64,000 bases of DNA, from contig JASTWF010000348.1 in the NCBI GenBank assembly GCA_030390025.1, forward strand, positions 124,001 to 188,000. Direction: 5' to 3'. Positions 1-12,274 of the stretch are shown here, in pieces. The position numbers and the translations under genes were made by a program. This DNA is from Squalus acanthias (lineage: Eukaryota). Position 1 is the first letter of the stretch. Every line of letters starts with the position of its first letter. A model generated the notes under the pieces. It saw only the letters and a program-made list of their open reading frames with translations. It was not told where the DNA came from and did not search any database.

Positions 1-1644
1 AGCTTTACTCTGCATCTAACCCGTGATGTACCTGCCCTGGGAGTGTTTGATGGGACAGTGTAGAGGGAGCTTTACTCTGTATCTAACTTGTGCTGTAGCT
101 GCCCTGGGAGTGTTTGATGGGACATGTAGAGGGAGCTTTACTCTGTATCTCACCCGTGCTGTCCCTGCCCTGAGAGTGTTTGATGGAACAGTGTAGAGGG
201 AGCTTTACTCTGTATCTAACCGATGCAGTAACTGCCCTGGGAGTGTTTGATGGGACAGTGTAGAGGGAGCTTTACTCTGTACCTAACCCGCGCTGTACCT
301 GCCCTGGGAGTGTTTGATGGGGCAGTGGAGAGGGAGCTTTACGCTGTATCTACCCCGTGCTGTACCTGCCCTGGGAGTGTTTGATGCGGCAGTGTAGAGG
401 GAGCTTTACTTTGTATCTAACCCGTGCTCTCCCTGCCCTGGGAGTGTTTGATGGGACAGTGTAGAGGGAGCATTACTCTGTATCTAACCCGTGCAGTAAC
501 TGCCCTGGGAGTGTTTGATGGGACAGTGTAGAGGGAGCTTTACTCTGTATCTAACCCGTGCTGTACCTGTCGTGGGAGAGTTTGATTGGACAGTGTACAT
601 GGAGCTTTACTCTTATTCTAACCTGTGCTGTACCTGCCCTGGGAGTTTTTGATGGGACAGTGTACAGGTAGCTTTACTCTGTAGCTAACCCGTGCAGTAC
701 TTGCCGTGGCAGTGTTTGATGGGACAGTGTAGAGGGAGCTTTACTGTGTATCTAACCCGTGGTGTACCTGCCCTGGCAGTGTTTGATGGGACAGTGTAGA
801 GGGAGCTTTACTCTGTATCTAACCTGTGCTGTACCTGCCCTGGGAGTTTTTGATGGGACAGTGCAGAGGGAGATTTACTCTGTATCTAACCTGTGCTGCA
901 CCTGCCCTGGGAATGTTTGATGGGACAGTTTAGAGGGAGCTTTACTCTGTATCTAACCCGTGCTGTACCTGCCCTGGGCGTGTTTGATGGGATAGTGTAG
1001 AGGGAGCTTTACACTGTATCTGTCCCGTGCTGTACCTGCCCTGGGAGTGTTTGATGGGACAGTGTAGAGGGAGCTTTACTCTGTATCTAACCCGTGCTGT
1101 ACCTGCCCTGGGAGTGTTTGATGGGACAATGTAAAGAAGTTTACTCTGTATCTAACCCGTGCTGTACCTGCCCTGGGAGTGTTTGATGGGACAGTGTAGA
1201 GGGAGCTTTACTCTGTATCTAACCCGTGCTGTACCTGCCCTGGGAGTGTTTGATGGGGCAGTGTAGAGGGAGCTTTACTCTGTATCTCACCCGTGCTGTA
1301 CCTGCCCTGGGAGTGTTTGATAGGACAGTGTAGAGGGAGCTTTACTCTGTTTTTAACCCGTGCAGTAACTGCCCTGGGAGTGTTTGATGGGACAGTGTAG
1401 AGGGAGCTTTACTCTGTATCTAACCCGTGCTGTACCTGCCCTGGGAGTGTTTGATGGGACAGTGTAGAGGGAGCTTTGCTCTGTATCTAACCCGTGCAGT
1501 TACTGCCCTGGGAGTGTTTGATGGGACAGTGTAGAGGGAGCTTTACTCTGTATCTAACCCGTGCTGTACCTGCCCTGGGAGTGTTTGATGGGACAGTGTA
1601 GAGGGAGCTTTACTCTGTATCTAACCCGTGCAGTAACTGCCCTG
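1..1644 (+). repeat. 67-bp minisatellite array (about 24 copies; truncated by window edge)
   Basis: Unit AGCTTTACTCTGTATCTAACCCGTGCTGTACCTGCCCTGGGAGTGTTTGATGGGACAGTGTAGAGGG, period 67. Confidence 0.97.
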
Positions 1645-1712
1645 TGTGCGCTCGGTGTTCCCCCGCTCTCTGTATGAAGCAATTTGATATGTCGCCCCGT
1701 CCCTCAGCTTAC

Positions 1713-1874
1713 CTGTAAACGGTGGTCGTTGCTCTGGTTCATTGTGCCAACATTCCTTCATCAGCTCCACCAACTCTTCCAGCTTCTCCACAGATTCCAG
1801 GCTGGGCAGGAGGCTGAGATCCGGCCTTTGATTCTCAGGGATAAGGACCTTGATGATGTCCCGCTGCCGAACTT
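1713..1874 (-). CDS. RIPK3: RIPK3-like kinase, coding exon 5 (EVRQRDIIKVLIPENQRPDLSLLPSLESVEKLEELVELMKECWHNEPEQRPPFT); gene continues left of the window
   Basis: tttctcag acceptor and AG|GTAAGC donor. 162 nt, kinase subdomains X-XI (RP...LMKECW...RPPF). The C-terminus (RHIM vs ankyrin repeats) is not visible, so RIPK4/ANKK1 is not formally excluded. Confidence 0.8.
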
Positions 1875-2227
1875 CTGAGAAAGGGGAGCCAATTGAAATC
1901 AGGACCGAGGCCTTCTGAAACAGGCTTCTGTGGGGAAAGAGCCCCGAATAAAGAGGGAAGACTGGTTCCCCCTGAATGGCCAGACCCCTTTAGTTCTGCA
2001 AATTCGCAGTCGGGAGACAAATCCAGGCTAACTCCCAGATGGAGGAAGCTGTGGTTGTTCGGGGAGAGGGGCTGGGATTAGGTGGCATGGAACCTGGGAT
2101 CTTCCTGCTCTGTGTGTGGGGCTCAGTGCCAATTGTAACACCCGCCACCCGCCACCCTACTGCCCTCATACCACCGGGAACAGCTAACTCAGCACAGACC
2201 GGGCGCGGCGGCGGGGGGGGGGGCGCG

Positions 2228-2521
2228 GATAGAAACATAGAAACATAGAAGATAGGAGCAGGGGTAGGCCATTCGGCCCCTCGAGCCTGCTCCGCCATTC
2301 AATGCGATCATGGCTGATCATCTAAACTCAGTACCCTGTCCCTGCTTTCTCCCCATATCCCTTGACCCCTTTAGCCTTAAGAAATATATCTAACTCCTTC
2401 TTGAATATATTTAATGAATTGGCCTCAACTGCCTTCTGTGGTAGAGAATTCCACAGGTTCACCACTCTCTGGGTGAAGAAATTCCTCCTCATCTCAGTCC
2501 TAAATGGCTTACCCCTTATCT
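2228..2521 (-). mobile_element. CR1 LINE 3' fragment
   Basis: Encodes ...FFTQRVVNLWNSLP..., followed by the 3'UTR and (TTTCTATG)n tail. Confidence 0.9.
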
Positions 2522-2724
2522 TGGAACCTTCCTGATCCGTGTGCGGGGCTCAGCACCACAACAGAGAACAGACCTCAACCTGAGTATCGACTGGTGAGAT
2601 TTGCAAAGGTTATGTTAAAAAAAAAGGAACGATTCCCACAAGGCTGCCCCTTGGCCCAGTTTGCCTCCAGCCTGGATTGCCCGGAAACGCAGAATGTTCG
2701 GGTAATTCCGCCTTGCCACCACAG

Positions 2725-3203
2725 GGCGACTAGATTTGACTATTCCCACGCACTCCTGGCCGGCCTCCCACCTTCCACCCTCTGTAAACTTGAGCTCATC
2801 CAAAACTCGGCTGCCCCGTGTCCTAACCCGCACCAAGTCCCGTTCGCCCCTCACCCCCTGTGCTCGCTGACCTACACTGGCTCCCGGTTAAGCAGCACCT
2901 CGATTTCAAAATTCTCATCCATGTTTTCAAATCCCTCCATGGCCTCGCCCCTCTCTCCCTATCTCTGCAACCTCCTCCAGCCCCTACAACCCTCCCAGAT
3001 CTCTGCGCTCCTCTAACTCTGGCCTCTTGAGCATCCCTGATTTTAATTGCTCCACCATTGGCGGCCGTGCCTTCCACTACCGAGGCCCGAAGCTCTGGAA
3101 TTCCCTCCCTAATCCTCTCTACCTCTCTCTCCTCCTTTAAGACGCTCCTTAAAACCTACCTCTTTGACCAAGCTTTTGGTCACCTGGACTAATATCTACT
3201 TAT
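2725..3203 (+). mobile_element. L2-clade LINE ORF2 3' fragment (degenerate)
   Basis: RFDYSHALLAGLP...KLELIQNSAA...LADLHWLPV...DFKIL across frameshifts. Confidence 0.85.
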
Positions 3204-3745
3204 AAGAACATAATAAATAAGAGCAGGAGTAGGCCGTTCGGCCCCTCGAGCCTGCTCCGCCATTCAATGAGATCATGGCTGATCTTCGACCTCAACTCCT
3301 CTTTCCTGCCCGATCCCCATATCCCTTGATTCCCTTAATATTCAAAAATCTATCGATCTCTGTCTTGAATATACTCAACGACTGAGCCTCCACAGCCCTC
3401 TGGGGTAGAGAATTCCTCAGATTCACCGCCCTCTGAGTGAAGAAATTTCTCCTCATCTCAGTCCTAAATGGCCGTCCCCTTATTCTGAGACTGTGGCCCC
3501 TGGGTCTAGACTCTCCACAGCCAGGGGAAACAACCTCTCAGCATCTACCCTGTCAAGCCCCCTCAGAATCTTGTATGTTTCAATGAGATCACCTCTCATT
3601 CTTCGAAACTCCAGAGAGTATAGGCCCAATCTACACAATCTCTCATCATAGGACAGCCCTCTCATCCCAGGAATCATTCTAGTGAACCTTCGTTGCTCCG
3701 CCTCTAAGGCAAGTCTACCCTTCCTTCGGTAGGGATACCGAAACT
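3204..3745 (-). mobile_element. CR1 LINE 3' fragment
   Basis: IPGMRGLSYDERLCRLGLYSLEFRRMRGDLIE, plus 3'UTR. Confidence 0.9.
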
Positions 3746-3865
3746 GTTTGATAATCGCTCCTGTGGAGCGCTTTGGGAGGCTTCACTACGTTAAAGGCGC
3801 TATATAGAAATGCGAGTTGTTGTTGTCTGCGCCCCCCCGCCCCCAACCTTCCGCCCCATCCTTAC

Positions 3866-3915
3866 CACTGTAGGGCGGCTTCCCGGTCAGGACGCTCCAC
3901 ATCAGGATCCCGAAA
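3866..3915 (-). CDS. RIPK3: RIPK3-like kinase, coding exon 4 (SFGILMWSVLTGKPPYS)
   Basis: ttacag acceptor and G|GTAAGG donor. 50 nt, phases match neighbours. FGILMWSVLTG is closest to recalled RIPK3 FGILMWAVLAG. Confidence 0.85.
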
Positions 3916-3933
3916 CTGTAATCAAAACAGGAG

Positions 3934-4815
3934 AAACATAGAAACATAGAAACATAGAAGATAGGAGCAGGAGTAGGCCATTCGACCCCTCGAGCCTGCT
4001 CCGCCATTCAATGAGATCATGGCTGCTCATCCAAATTCAGTACCCTGTCCCTGCCTTCTCCCCATATCCCTTGATACCTTTAGCCTTAAGAAATATATCT
4101 AACTCCTTCTTGAATATATTTAATGAATTGGCCTCAACTGCCTACTGTGGTAGAGAATTCCACAGGTTCACCACTCTCTGGGTGAAGAAATTCCTCCTCA
4201 TCTCAGTCCTAAATGACTTACCCCTTATCCTTAGATTATGACCCCTGGTTCTGGACTCCCCCGCCATTGGGAACATCCTTCCTGCATCTAGTCTGTCTAG
4301 TCCTGTCAGAATTTTATAAGTTTCAATGAGATCCCCTCTCATTCTTCTAAACTCTAGCGAATACAAGCCTAAGCGACCCAATCTCTCTTCATACGTCATT
4401 CCTGCCATCCCAGGTATCAGTCTGGTGAATCTTCGCTGCACTCCCTCCATGGCAAGAACATCCTTCCTCAGATAAGGCGACCAAAACTGCACACAATACT
4501 CAAGGTGTGGTCTCACCAAAGCCCTGTACAACTGCAGCAAGACATCCTTGTTCCTGTACTCGAATCCTCTCGCTATGAAGGCCAACATACCATTTGTCTT
4601 CTTAACCGCCTGCTGCACCTGCATGCTTACCTTCAGCGACTGGTGCACAAGGACTCCCAGGTCTCGTTGCACTTCCCCTTCTCCCAATCTATTGCCGCTC
4701 AGATAATAATCTGCCTTTCTGTTTTTGCCACCAAAGTGGATAACCTCGCATTTATCCACTTTATACGGCATCTGCCATGATTCTGCCCAATCACCCAACC
4801 TGTCCAAATCATACT
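3934..4815 (-). mobile_element. CR1 LINE, 5'-truncated
   Basis: ORF 4142..4909 is the RT C-terminal region (LYRALVRPHLEYCVQFWSP). (TTTCTATG)n tail. Confidence 0.93.
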
Positions 4816-4924
4816 GGACGTCTGAAAGCAAGGTGCTAAATGACTTACATCCCAGTACCCAGCACCCCCAAGAGGGTGAAAGGTCAGAGTCTGACCCGCT
4901 GACCCCCACCCAGTACCGCCATCA

Positions 4925-6090
4925 GTGCCACATGAAAGGTTACTGCATAAGATAAGAGCTCACGGAAATGGGGGTAATATATTCGCATGGATACAGAATT
5001 GGCTAACTAACAGAAAGCAGAGAGTCGGGATAAATGGGTCATTTTCCGGTTGGCAAACGGTAACTAGTGGGGTGCCACAGGGATCGGTGCTGGGGCCTCA
5101 ACTATTTACAATCTGCATTAATGACTTGGATGAAGGGACCGAGTGTAATGTAGCCAAGTTCGCGGATGATACAAAGAGGGGTGGGAAAGCAAGTTGTGCA
5201 GAGGACACAAAGAACCTGCAAAGGGATATAGACAGGCTCAGTGAGAGGGCAAACATTTGGCAGATGGAGTATAATGTGGGAAAGTGCGAGGTTATACACT
5301 TCGGCAGAAAAAATAAAAAAGCAAACTATTATTTAAATGGAGAGAGATTACAAAATGCTACAGTTCAGAGGGATCTGGGGGTCTTTGTGCATGAAACACA
5401 AAAAGTTAGCATGCAGGTACAGCAAGTAATCAAAAAGGCAAATGGAATGTTGGCCTTTGTTTCAAAGGGGTTGGAGTATAAAAGCAGGGAAGTCCTGCTA
5501 CAACTGTACAGGGTATTGGTGAGACCACACCTTGAGTACTGCGTACAGTTTTGGTCTCCTTATTTAAGGAAGGATATACTTGCATTGGAGGCAGTTCAGA
5601 GACGATTCACTAGGTTAATTCCAGAGATGAAGGGGTTGACTTATGAGGAAAGGTTGAGCAGGCTGGGCCTATACTCATTGGAATTTAGAAGAATGAGAGG
5701 TGATCTTATTGAAACATATAAGATACTGAGGGGTCTCGACAGGGTAGATGCAGAGAGGATGTTTCCCCTCGTGGGGAAATCTAGAACACGGGGGCACAGT
5801 TTTAGAATAAAGGGTCACCCTGTTAGAACTGAGATAAGGAGGAATTTCTTCCCTCAGAGGGTTGTAAATCTGTGGAATTCTCTGCCCCAGAGAGCTGCGG
5901 AGGCTGGGTCATTAAATACATTTAAGGTGGAGATAGACAGCTTTTTGTAAGATAAGGGAGTGAAGGGTTATGGGGAGCGGGCGGGGAAGTGGCTTTGAGC
6001 CCAAGATCAGCCATGATCTTATTGAATGGCGGAGCAGGCTCGAGGGGCCAAGTGGCCTATTCCTGCTCCTATTTCTTATGTTCTTATGTA
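4925..6090 (+). mobile_element. CR1 LINE, 5'-truncated RT
   Basis: SGVPQGSVLGP and KFADDTK RT motifs, 3'UTR and TTCTTATG tail. Confidence 0.95.
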
Positions 6091-6832
6091 GAGGAGACCT
6101 TCATCCCACCCACCCCCCGCCCCCCACCACTCTATCTTGGGCTGCAGCCGACCCCAAGGTCCCCACAGGGTGAAAGGTCAGTGTCTGACCCGCTGACCCC
6201 CTAACCCAGTGCTGCCATCAAAGAGAGGAGACCTTCATCCCCCACTCTGCCTGGGGCTGCCCCTCAGAATCACGGCACTCAAAGCACTGGAGGAGGCTGT
6301 TCGGCCCATCATGGCCGCGCTGGTCCCAGCTCGTGACCCCCTTTTCCCCAGTGACCTCGAGGCCGGCCATTTTCTCCGTCAGGACTCGGCCCACCGCCGA
6401 CCGCGAACCACCGTCTCCGCAGAACGTCGGAATTCCCGATCGAGGCGTCTCGAGACGGCCGCCATCAGAAAGGCGGCACATTATGGCCAAGTCTGGACAT
6501 CGACCCTTCACCTCTCCACCCACCGACCTCCAATCCTTCGGCCTTAGCTCCGCCCGCCCACCCCCCCCACCCCCCCGAGCCCCGCCACCCCTCGTAGCTG
6601 CCTCTGCCTCGATAGCCCCTCGCAGGCAAGTATTCCCTCGCTTAATCACCCTCCCCCCCCTCTGTGGGTCAACGTAGACACCCCACATTATCCCCCCTCC
6701 CCTCATCCCCAGTGAGTCGAGCCATTGCCTTCCCTTTCTGATGTGAGGGCAGGGGGCGGGAGGTCATTGGAAGGGTCATGACCCCTATCCCCAATGACAT
6801 TGAGTTCGACCAATTACGTAGGGGGGGTGGGA

Positions 6833-7437
6833 AATAACAACAGAAAACGCTGGAAAAACGCAGCAGGCCAGGCAGCGTCCGTGGAGAGAGAAACAGAGTT
6901 AACGTTTCAGGTCGAAGACCTTTCGTCAGAACTGGAACAAAGCAGGAAATGAAATAGATTTAAAGCAAGGATAAAGCTGGGAAAAGGGGGAGGGGATGAA
7001 AGAACAAAAGGAGAGATTAAGAGACATTAAGAGATGATCAAGGCAAGAGGAGGTGTTAATGTAACAGGTTGAGGCTAAAAGAAGTGTGAAATCCACTGGC
7101 AGAATGAAGGACAGCTGCCAGCTTCTAGGAGGAAAAAAAGGGGGGGGCGGCCAAACAAAAGGGTGGATGAAAAAATAAAATATAAATGTGATAGGGGCCA
7201 AGGTTATGATCTGAAATTGTTGAACTCGATATTGAGTCCAGAGGGCTGTAGGGTGCCTAATCGAAAGATGAGGTGCTGTTCCTCGAGCTTACGCTGCGCT
7301 TCCGTGGAACAGTGTAATAGGCCGAGGACGGCGAGGACAGAGTGGGAGTGAAGCGGAGAATTAAAGTGAAAGGCCACCGGGAGCTCGGGGTCCCACTTAC
7401 GGACTGAACGGAGGTGTTCTGCAAAGCGGTCACCCAA
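6833..7437 (-). mobile_element. Penelope-like element 3' fragment (GIY-YIG endonuclease C-terminus plus 3' region)
   Basis: ORF 7204..7437 GDRFAEHLRSVRK...PVAFHFNS...RKLEEQHLIFRLGTLQPSGLN is typical of PLE GIY-YIG ends. A hammerhead motif lies downstream. Confidence 0.85.
6897..6933 (-). ncRNA. Minimal type I hammerhead ribozyme motif (PLE-associated)
   Basis: AGUU-CUGACGA-A-AGGUC(UUC)GACCU-GAAA-CG-UU-AACU. Confidence 0.75.
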
Positions 7438-7700
7438 TCACCCAATTTGCTCTCGTACGTGGGGGGGGGGGGCGGGGTTCAGTGAAGGGGTCATGACCCC
7501 CATACCCAATGAGATTGAGCATGGCCAATTATGTAGCGGGGGCGGGGAGGGGGGGGTCAGTGGAGAGGTCATGTTGACCCCTTTCCCCAATGACGCTGCG
7601 CTCTGACACTTTTGTATGTCCTTCCCTTCCTGATGTGAGGGGGAAGGGTTCAGCGGAGGGGGGGGATCATGACCCCTATCCCCGAGGGGGCTTTACTGAC

Positions 7701-7849
7701 CTGTAAACATCTGTGGGGGCCGCGGGCTTGTACCGATTGATTTTGGATTTAAACGCTTCCGGTGGGAGGTACTCAAGAGTGCCGGCGACGGAGCTGCAGG
7801 GCTTGCACGACACGATCTGCTTCAGCTTGGACAGGCCGAAGTCCGCGAT
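7701..7849 (-). CDS. RIPK3: RIPK3-like kinase, coding exon 3 (IADFGLSKLKQIVSCKPCSSVAGTLEYLPPEAFKSKINRYKPAAPTDVY)
   Basis: ttgcag acceptor and AG|GTCAGT donor. 149 nt. DFG, GTLEYLPPE and DVY motifs in frame. Confidence 0.85.
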
Positions 7850-7971
7850 CTGCAACCGAAAGTCAGAGGTCAGGCAGTTTGGACCGCGGGTCCGAGTGCT
7901 TAATCCAAATCCCCCCCCCCACCCCCCCGCCCCCCTCCACCCTGGGGAAACCACAGATGCAAAGTAAAGCT

Positions 7972-8648
<677 letters not shown>

Positions 8649-10006
8649 GCTCCCTCTACACTGTCCTGATCATACACTCCCAGGGCAGATACAGCACTGG
8701 TTAGATACAGAGTAAAGCTCCCTCTACACTGTCCCATCAAACACTCCCAGGGCAGGTACAGCATGGGTTAGATACAGAGTAAAGCTCCCTCTACACTTTC
8801 CCAGCAAACACACCCAGGACAGGTACAGCACGGGTTAGAAACAGAGTAAAGCTCCCTCTACACTGTCCCATCAAACACGCCCAGGGTAGGTACAGCACGG
8901 ATTAGATACAGAGTAAAGCTCCATCTACACTGTCCCATCAAAAGCTCCCAGGGCAGGTACAGCATGGGTTAGATACAGAGTGAAGCTCCCTCTACACTGT
9001 CCCATCAAACACTCCCAGGGCAGGTACAGCACAGGTTAGATACAGAGTAAAGCTCCCTCTTCACTGTCCTATCAAACACGCCCAGGGCAGGTACAGCACG
9101 AGTTAGATACAGAGTAAAGCTCCCTCTACACTTTCCCATCAAACACTCCCAGGGCAGGTACAGCACAGGTTAGATACAGAGTAAAGCTCCCTCTACACTA
9201 TCCCATCAAAAGCTCCCAGGGCAGGTACAGCATGGGTTAGATACAGAGTGAAGCTCCCTCTACACTGCCCCATCAAACACTCCCAGGGCAGGTACAGCAC
9301 GGGTTAGATACAGAGTAAAGCTCCCTCTACACTGTCCTATCAAACACGCCCAGGGCAGGTACAGCACGAGTAAGATACAGAGTAAAGCTCCCTCTACACT
9401 TTCCCATCAAACACTCCCAGGGCAGGTACAGCACAGGTTAGATACAGAGTAAAGCTCCCTCTACACTGTTCCATCAAACACTCCCAGGGCAGGTACAGCA
9501 CGGGTTAGATACAGAATAAAGCTCCCTCTACACTGTCCCATCAAACACTCCCAGGGGAGAAACAGCACGGGTTAGATACAGAGTAAATCTTCCTCTTCAC
9601 TGTCCCATCAAACACTCCCAGGACAGAAACAGCACAGGTTTGATACACAGTAAAGCTCCCTCTACACTGTCCCATCAAACACTCCCAGGGCAGGTACAGC
9701 ACGGGTTAGATACAGAGTAAAGCTCCCTCTACACTGTCCCATCAAACACTCCCAGGGCAGGAATAGCACGGTTTAGATACAGAGTAAAGCTCCCTCTACA
9801 CTGTCCCATCAAACACTCCCAGGGCAGGTACAGCACGGGTTAGATACAGAGTAAAGCTCTCTCTACACTGTCCCATCAAACACTCCCAGGGCAGGTACAG
9901 CACGGGTTAGATACAGAGTAAAGCTCTCTCTACACTGTCCCATCAAACACTCCCAGGGCAGGTACAGCACGGGTTAGATGCAGAGTAAAGTTCCCTCTAC
10001 ACTGTC
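8649..10006 (-). repeat. 67-bp minisatellite array, reverse orientation (about 20 copies)
   Basis: Reverse complement of the unit at 1-1644. Confidence 0.97.
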
Positions 10007-10186
10007 AAATCCAGTCCCACTCAGAGGGCGACGGAGGCCTCCTTTCTCTCTGATGGGGGGACTGGGTGGGTGCAAGGTGGGTGAGACACTGACCTTTCAC
10101 CCTCTGGGAAGCTGGGGGTGGGAGGGCAGGGACGCAAGTTCTCGTTCCACGGCAGCGCTTTCCCCGCGAAGGTCAGGGGGCCTCAC

Positions 10187-10490
10187 CTTGGCGTGGAAGC
10201 TGTCATCCAGCAGCACGTTCCTGGGGTTGAGGTCGAGGTGGAGGAGCGGGGGGTCCAGCCCGTGAAGGTAGTTCATGCCCAGGGCCACCTCGTGGATCAG
10301 GCGGACCCTCAGTGGCCAGGGCACATCCACCCGCTCCTGCAGTGAGGTCAGCGAGCCGTTCTCCATGAATTCCATGACGATCCCGAGCGGCTCCTTTGGA
10401 TCCCGGTACAATCCGATCAAGCAGACGACATGCCGGAACCGCAGGCTGTTCATCAGCTCCGCCTCGCGCAGGAGATCTTTGTTCTCCGCA
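10187..10490 (-). CDS. RIPK3: RIPK3-like kinase, coding exon 2 (alphaC to catalytic loop: AENKDLLREAELMNSL...WPLRVRLIHEVALGMNYLHGLDPPLLHLDLNPRNVLLDDSFHAK)
   Basis: tttcccgcag acceptor and AAG|GTGAGG donor. 304 nt, keeps frame with exon 1. Contains the RIP-kinase signature FMENGSL...WPLRxRLxHEVALGMNYLH. Confidence 0.85.
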
Positions 10491-10529
10491 CTGCGGGAAA
10501 GAGAGAGAGGAGAGAGCCACCGGGTGAAA

Positions 10530-12111
10530 GTACTGTACGGCCCGTGTGTGTCCCAGTGTCAGCTCCTGTACATGTACAGTACACAGCGGGTAAAAGGGAA
10601 CGATTCACTCCCGTCTGGTACTGTACGGCCCGTGTGTGTGTCTCAGTGTCAGCTCCTGTACATGTACAGTACACAGCGGGTAAAAGGGAACGATTCACTC
10701 CCGTCTGGTACTGTACGGCCCGTGTGTGTGTCTCAGTGTCAGCTCCTGTACATGTACAGTACACAGCGGGTAAAAGGGAACGATTCACTCCGGTCTGGTA
10801 CTGTGCAGCCCGTGTGTGTCTCAGTGTCAGCTCCAGTACATGTACGGCACACAGCGGGTAAAAGGGAGCGATTCACTCCCGTCTGGTACTGTACGGCCCG
10901 TGTGTGTCTCAGTGTCAGCTCCTGTACATGTACAGCACACAGCGGGTAAAAGGGAGCGATTCACTCCCGTCTGGTACTGTACGGCCCGTGTGTGTCTCAG
11001 TGTCAGCTCCTGTACATGTACAGCACACAGCGGGTAAAAGGGAACGATTCACTCCCGTCTGGTACTGTACGGCCCGTGTGTGTCTCAGTGTCAGCTCCTG
11101 TACATGTACAGTACACAGCGGGTAAAAGGGAACGATTCACTCCCGTCTGGTACTGTACGGCCCGTGTGTGTCTCAGTGTCAGCTCCTGTACTTGTACAGT
11201 ACACAGCGGGTAAAAGGGAATGATTCACTCCTGTCTGGTACAGTACGGCCCATGTGTGTCTCAGTGTCAGCTCCTGTACATGTACAGTACACAGCGGGTA
11301 AAAGGGAACGATTCACTCCCGTCTGGTACAGTACGGCCCGTGTGTGTGTCGGTGTCAGCTCCTGTACATGTACAGTACACAGCGGGTAAAAGGGAACGAT
11401 TCACTCCCGTCTGGTACTGTACGGTACGTGTGTGTCTCAGTGTCAGCTCCTGTACATGTACAGCACACAGCGGGTAAAAGGGAACGATTCACTCCCGTCT
11501 GGTACTGTACGGCCCGTGTGTGTCTCAGTGTCAGCTCCTGTACATGTACAGTACACAGCGGGTAAAAGGGAACGATTCATTCCCGTCTGGTACTGTACGG
11601 CCCGTGTGTGTGTCTCAGTGTCAGCTCCTGTACATGTACAGTACACAGCGGGTAAAAGGGAACGATTCACTCCCGTCTGGTACTGTACAGCCCGTGTGTG
11701 TCTCAGTGTCAGCTCCTGTACATGTACAGTACACAGCGGGTAAAAGGGAACGATTCACTCCCGTCTGGCGCTGTACGGCCCGTGTGTGTCTCAGTGTCAG
11801 CTCCTGTACATGTACAGTACACAGCGGGTAAAAGGGAACGATTCACTCCCGTCTGGTACTGTACGGCCCGAGTGTGTCTCAGTGTCAGCTCCTGTACATG
11901 TACAGCACACAGCGGGTAAAAGGGAACGATTCACTCCCGTCTGGTACTGTACGGCCCCTGTGTGTGTCTCAGTGTCAGCTCCTGTACATGTACAGTACAC
12001 AGCGGGTAAATGGGAACAATTCACTCCCGTCTGGTACTGTACGGCCCATGTGTGTCTCAGTGTCAGCTCCTGTACATAGTACAGTACACAGCGGGTGAAA
12101 GGGAACGATTC
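10530..12111 (+). repeat. 88-bp minisatellite in RIPK3 intron 1 (about 18 copies)
   Basis: Unit AAAGGGAACGATTCACTCCCGTCTGGTACTGTACGGCCCGTGTGTGTCTCAGTGTCAGCTCCTGTACATGTACAGTACACAGCGGGTA, period 88-90. Confidence 0.95.
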
Positions 12112-12274
12112 TCAAACCCACAACCTTCTGACTCAAAGGCGAGAGTGAGGCCTAGTCAGCCGTGGCGGAGCTGATTCGAGGGTCATCCTTGCTCTTTCAG
12201 AGCTGTGGGTTACTTGGGATGGCCTCTGACCCCAGGCAATCGATCTTATTATCAATTACCCACTTCAAACTTTC

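Noticed and set aside
1..1644. CRISPR-like regular repeats (also the other arrays)
   Set aside because: They are head-to-tail units with no unique spacers and no cas genes, in vertebrate DNA.
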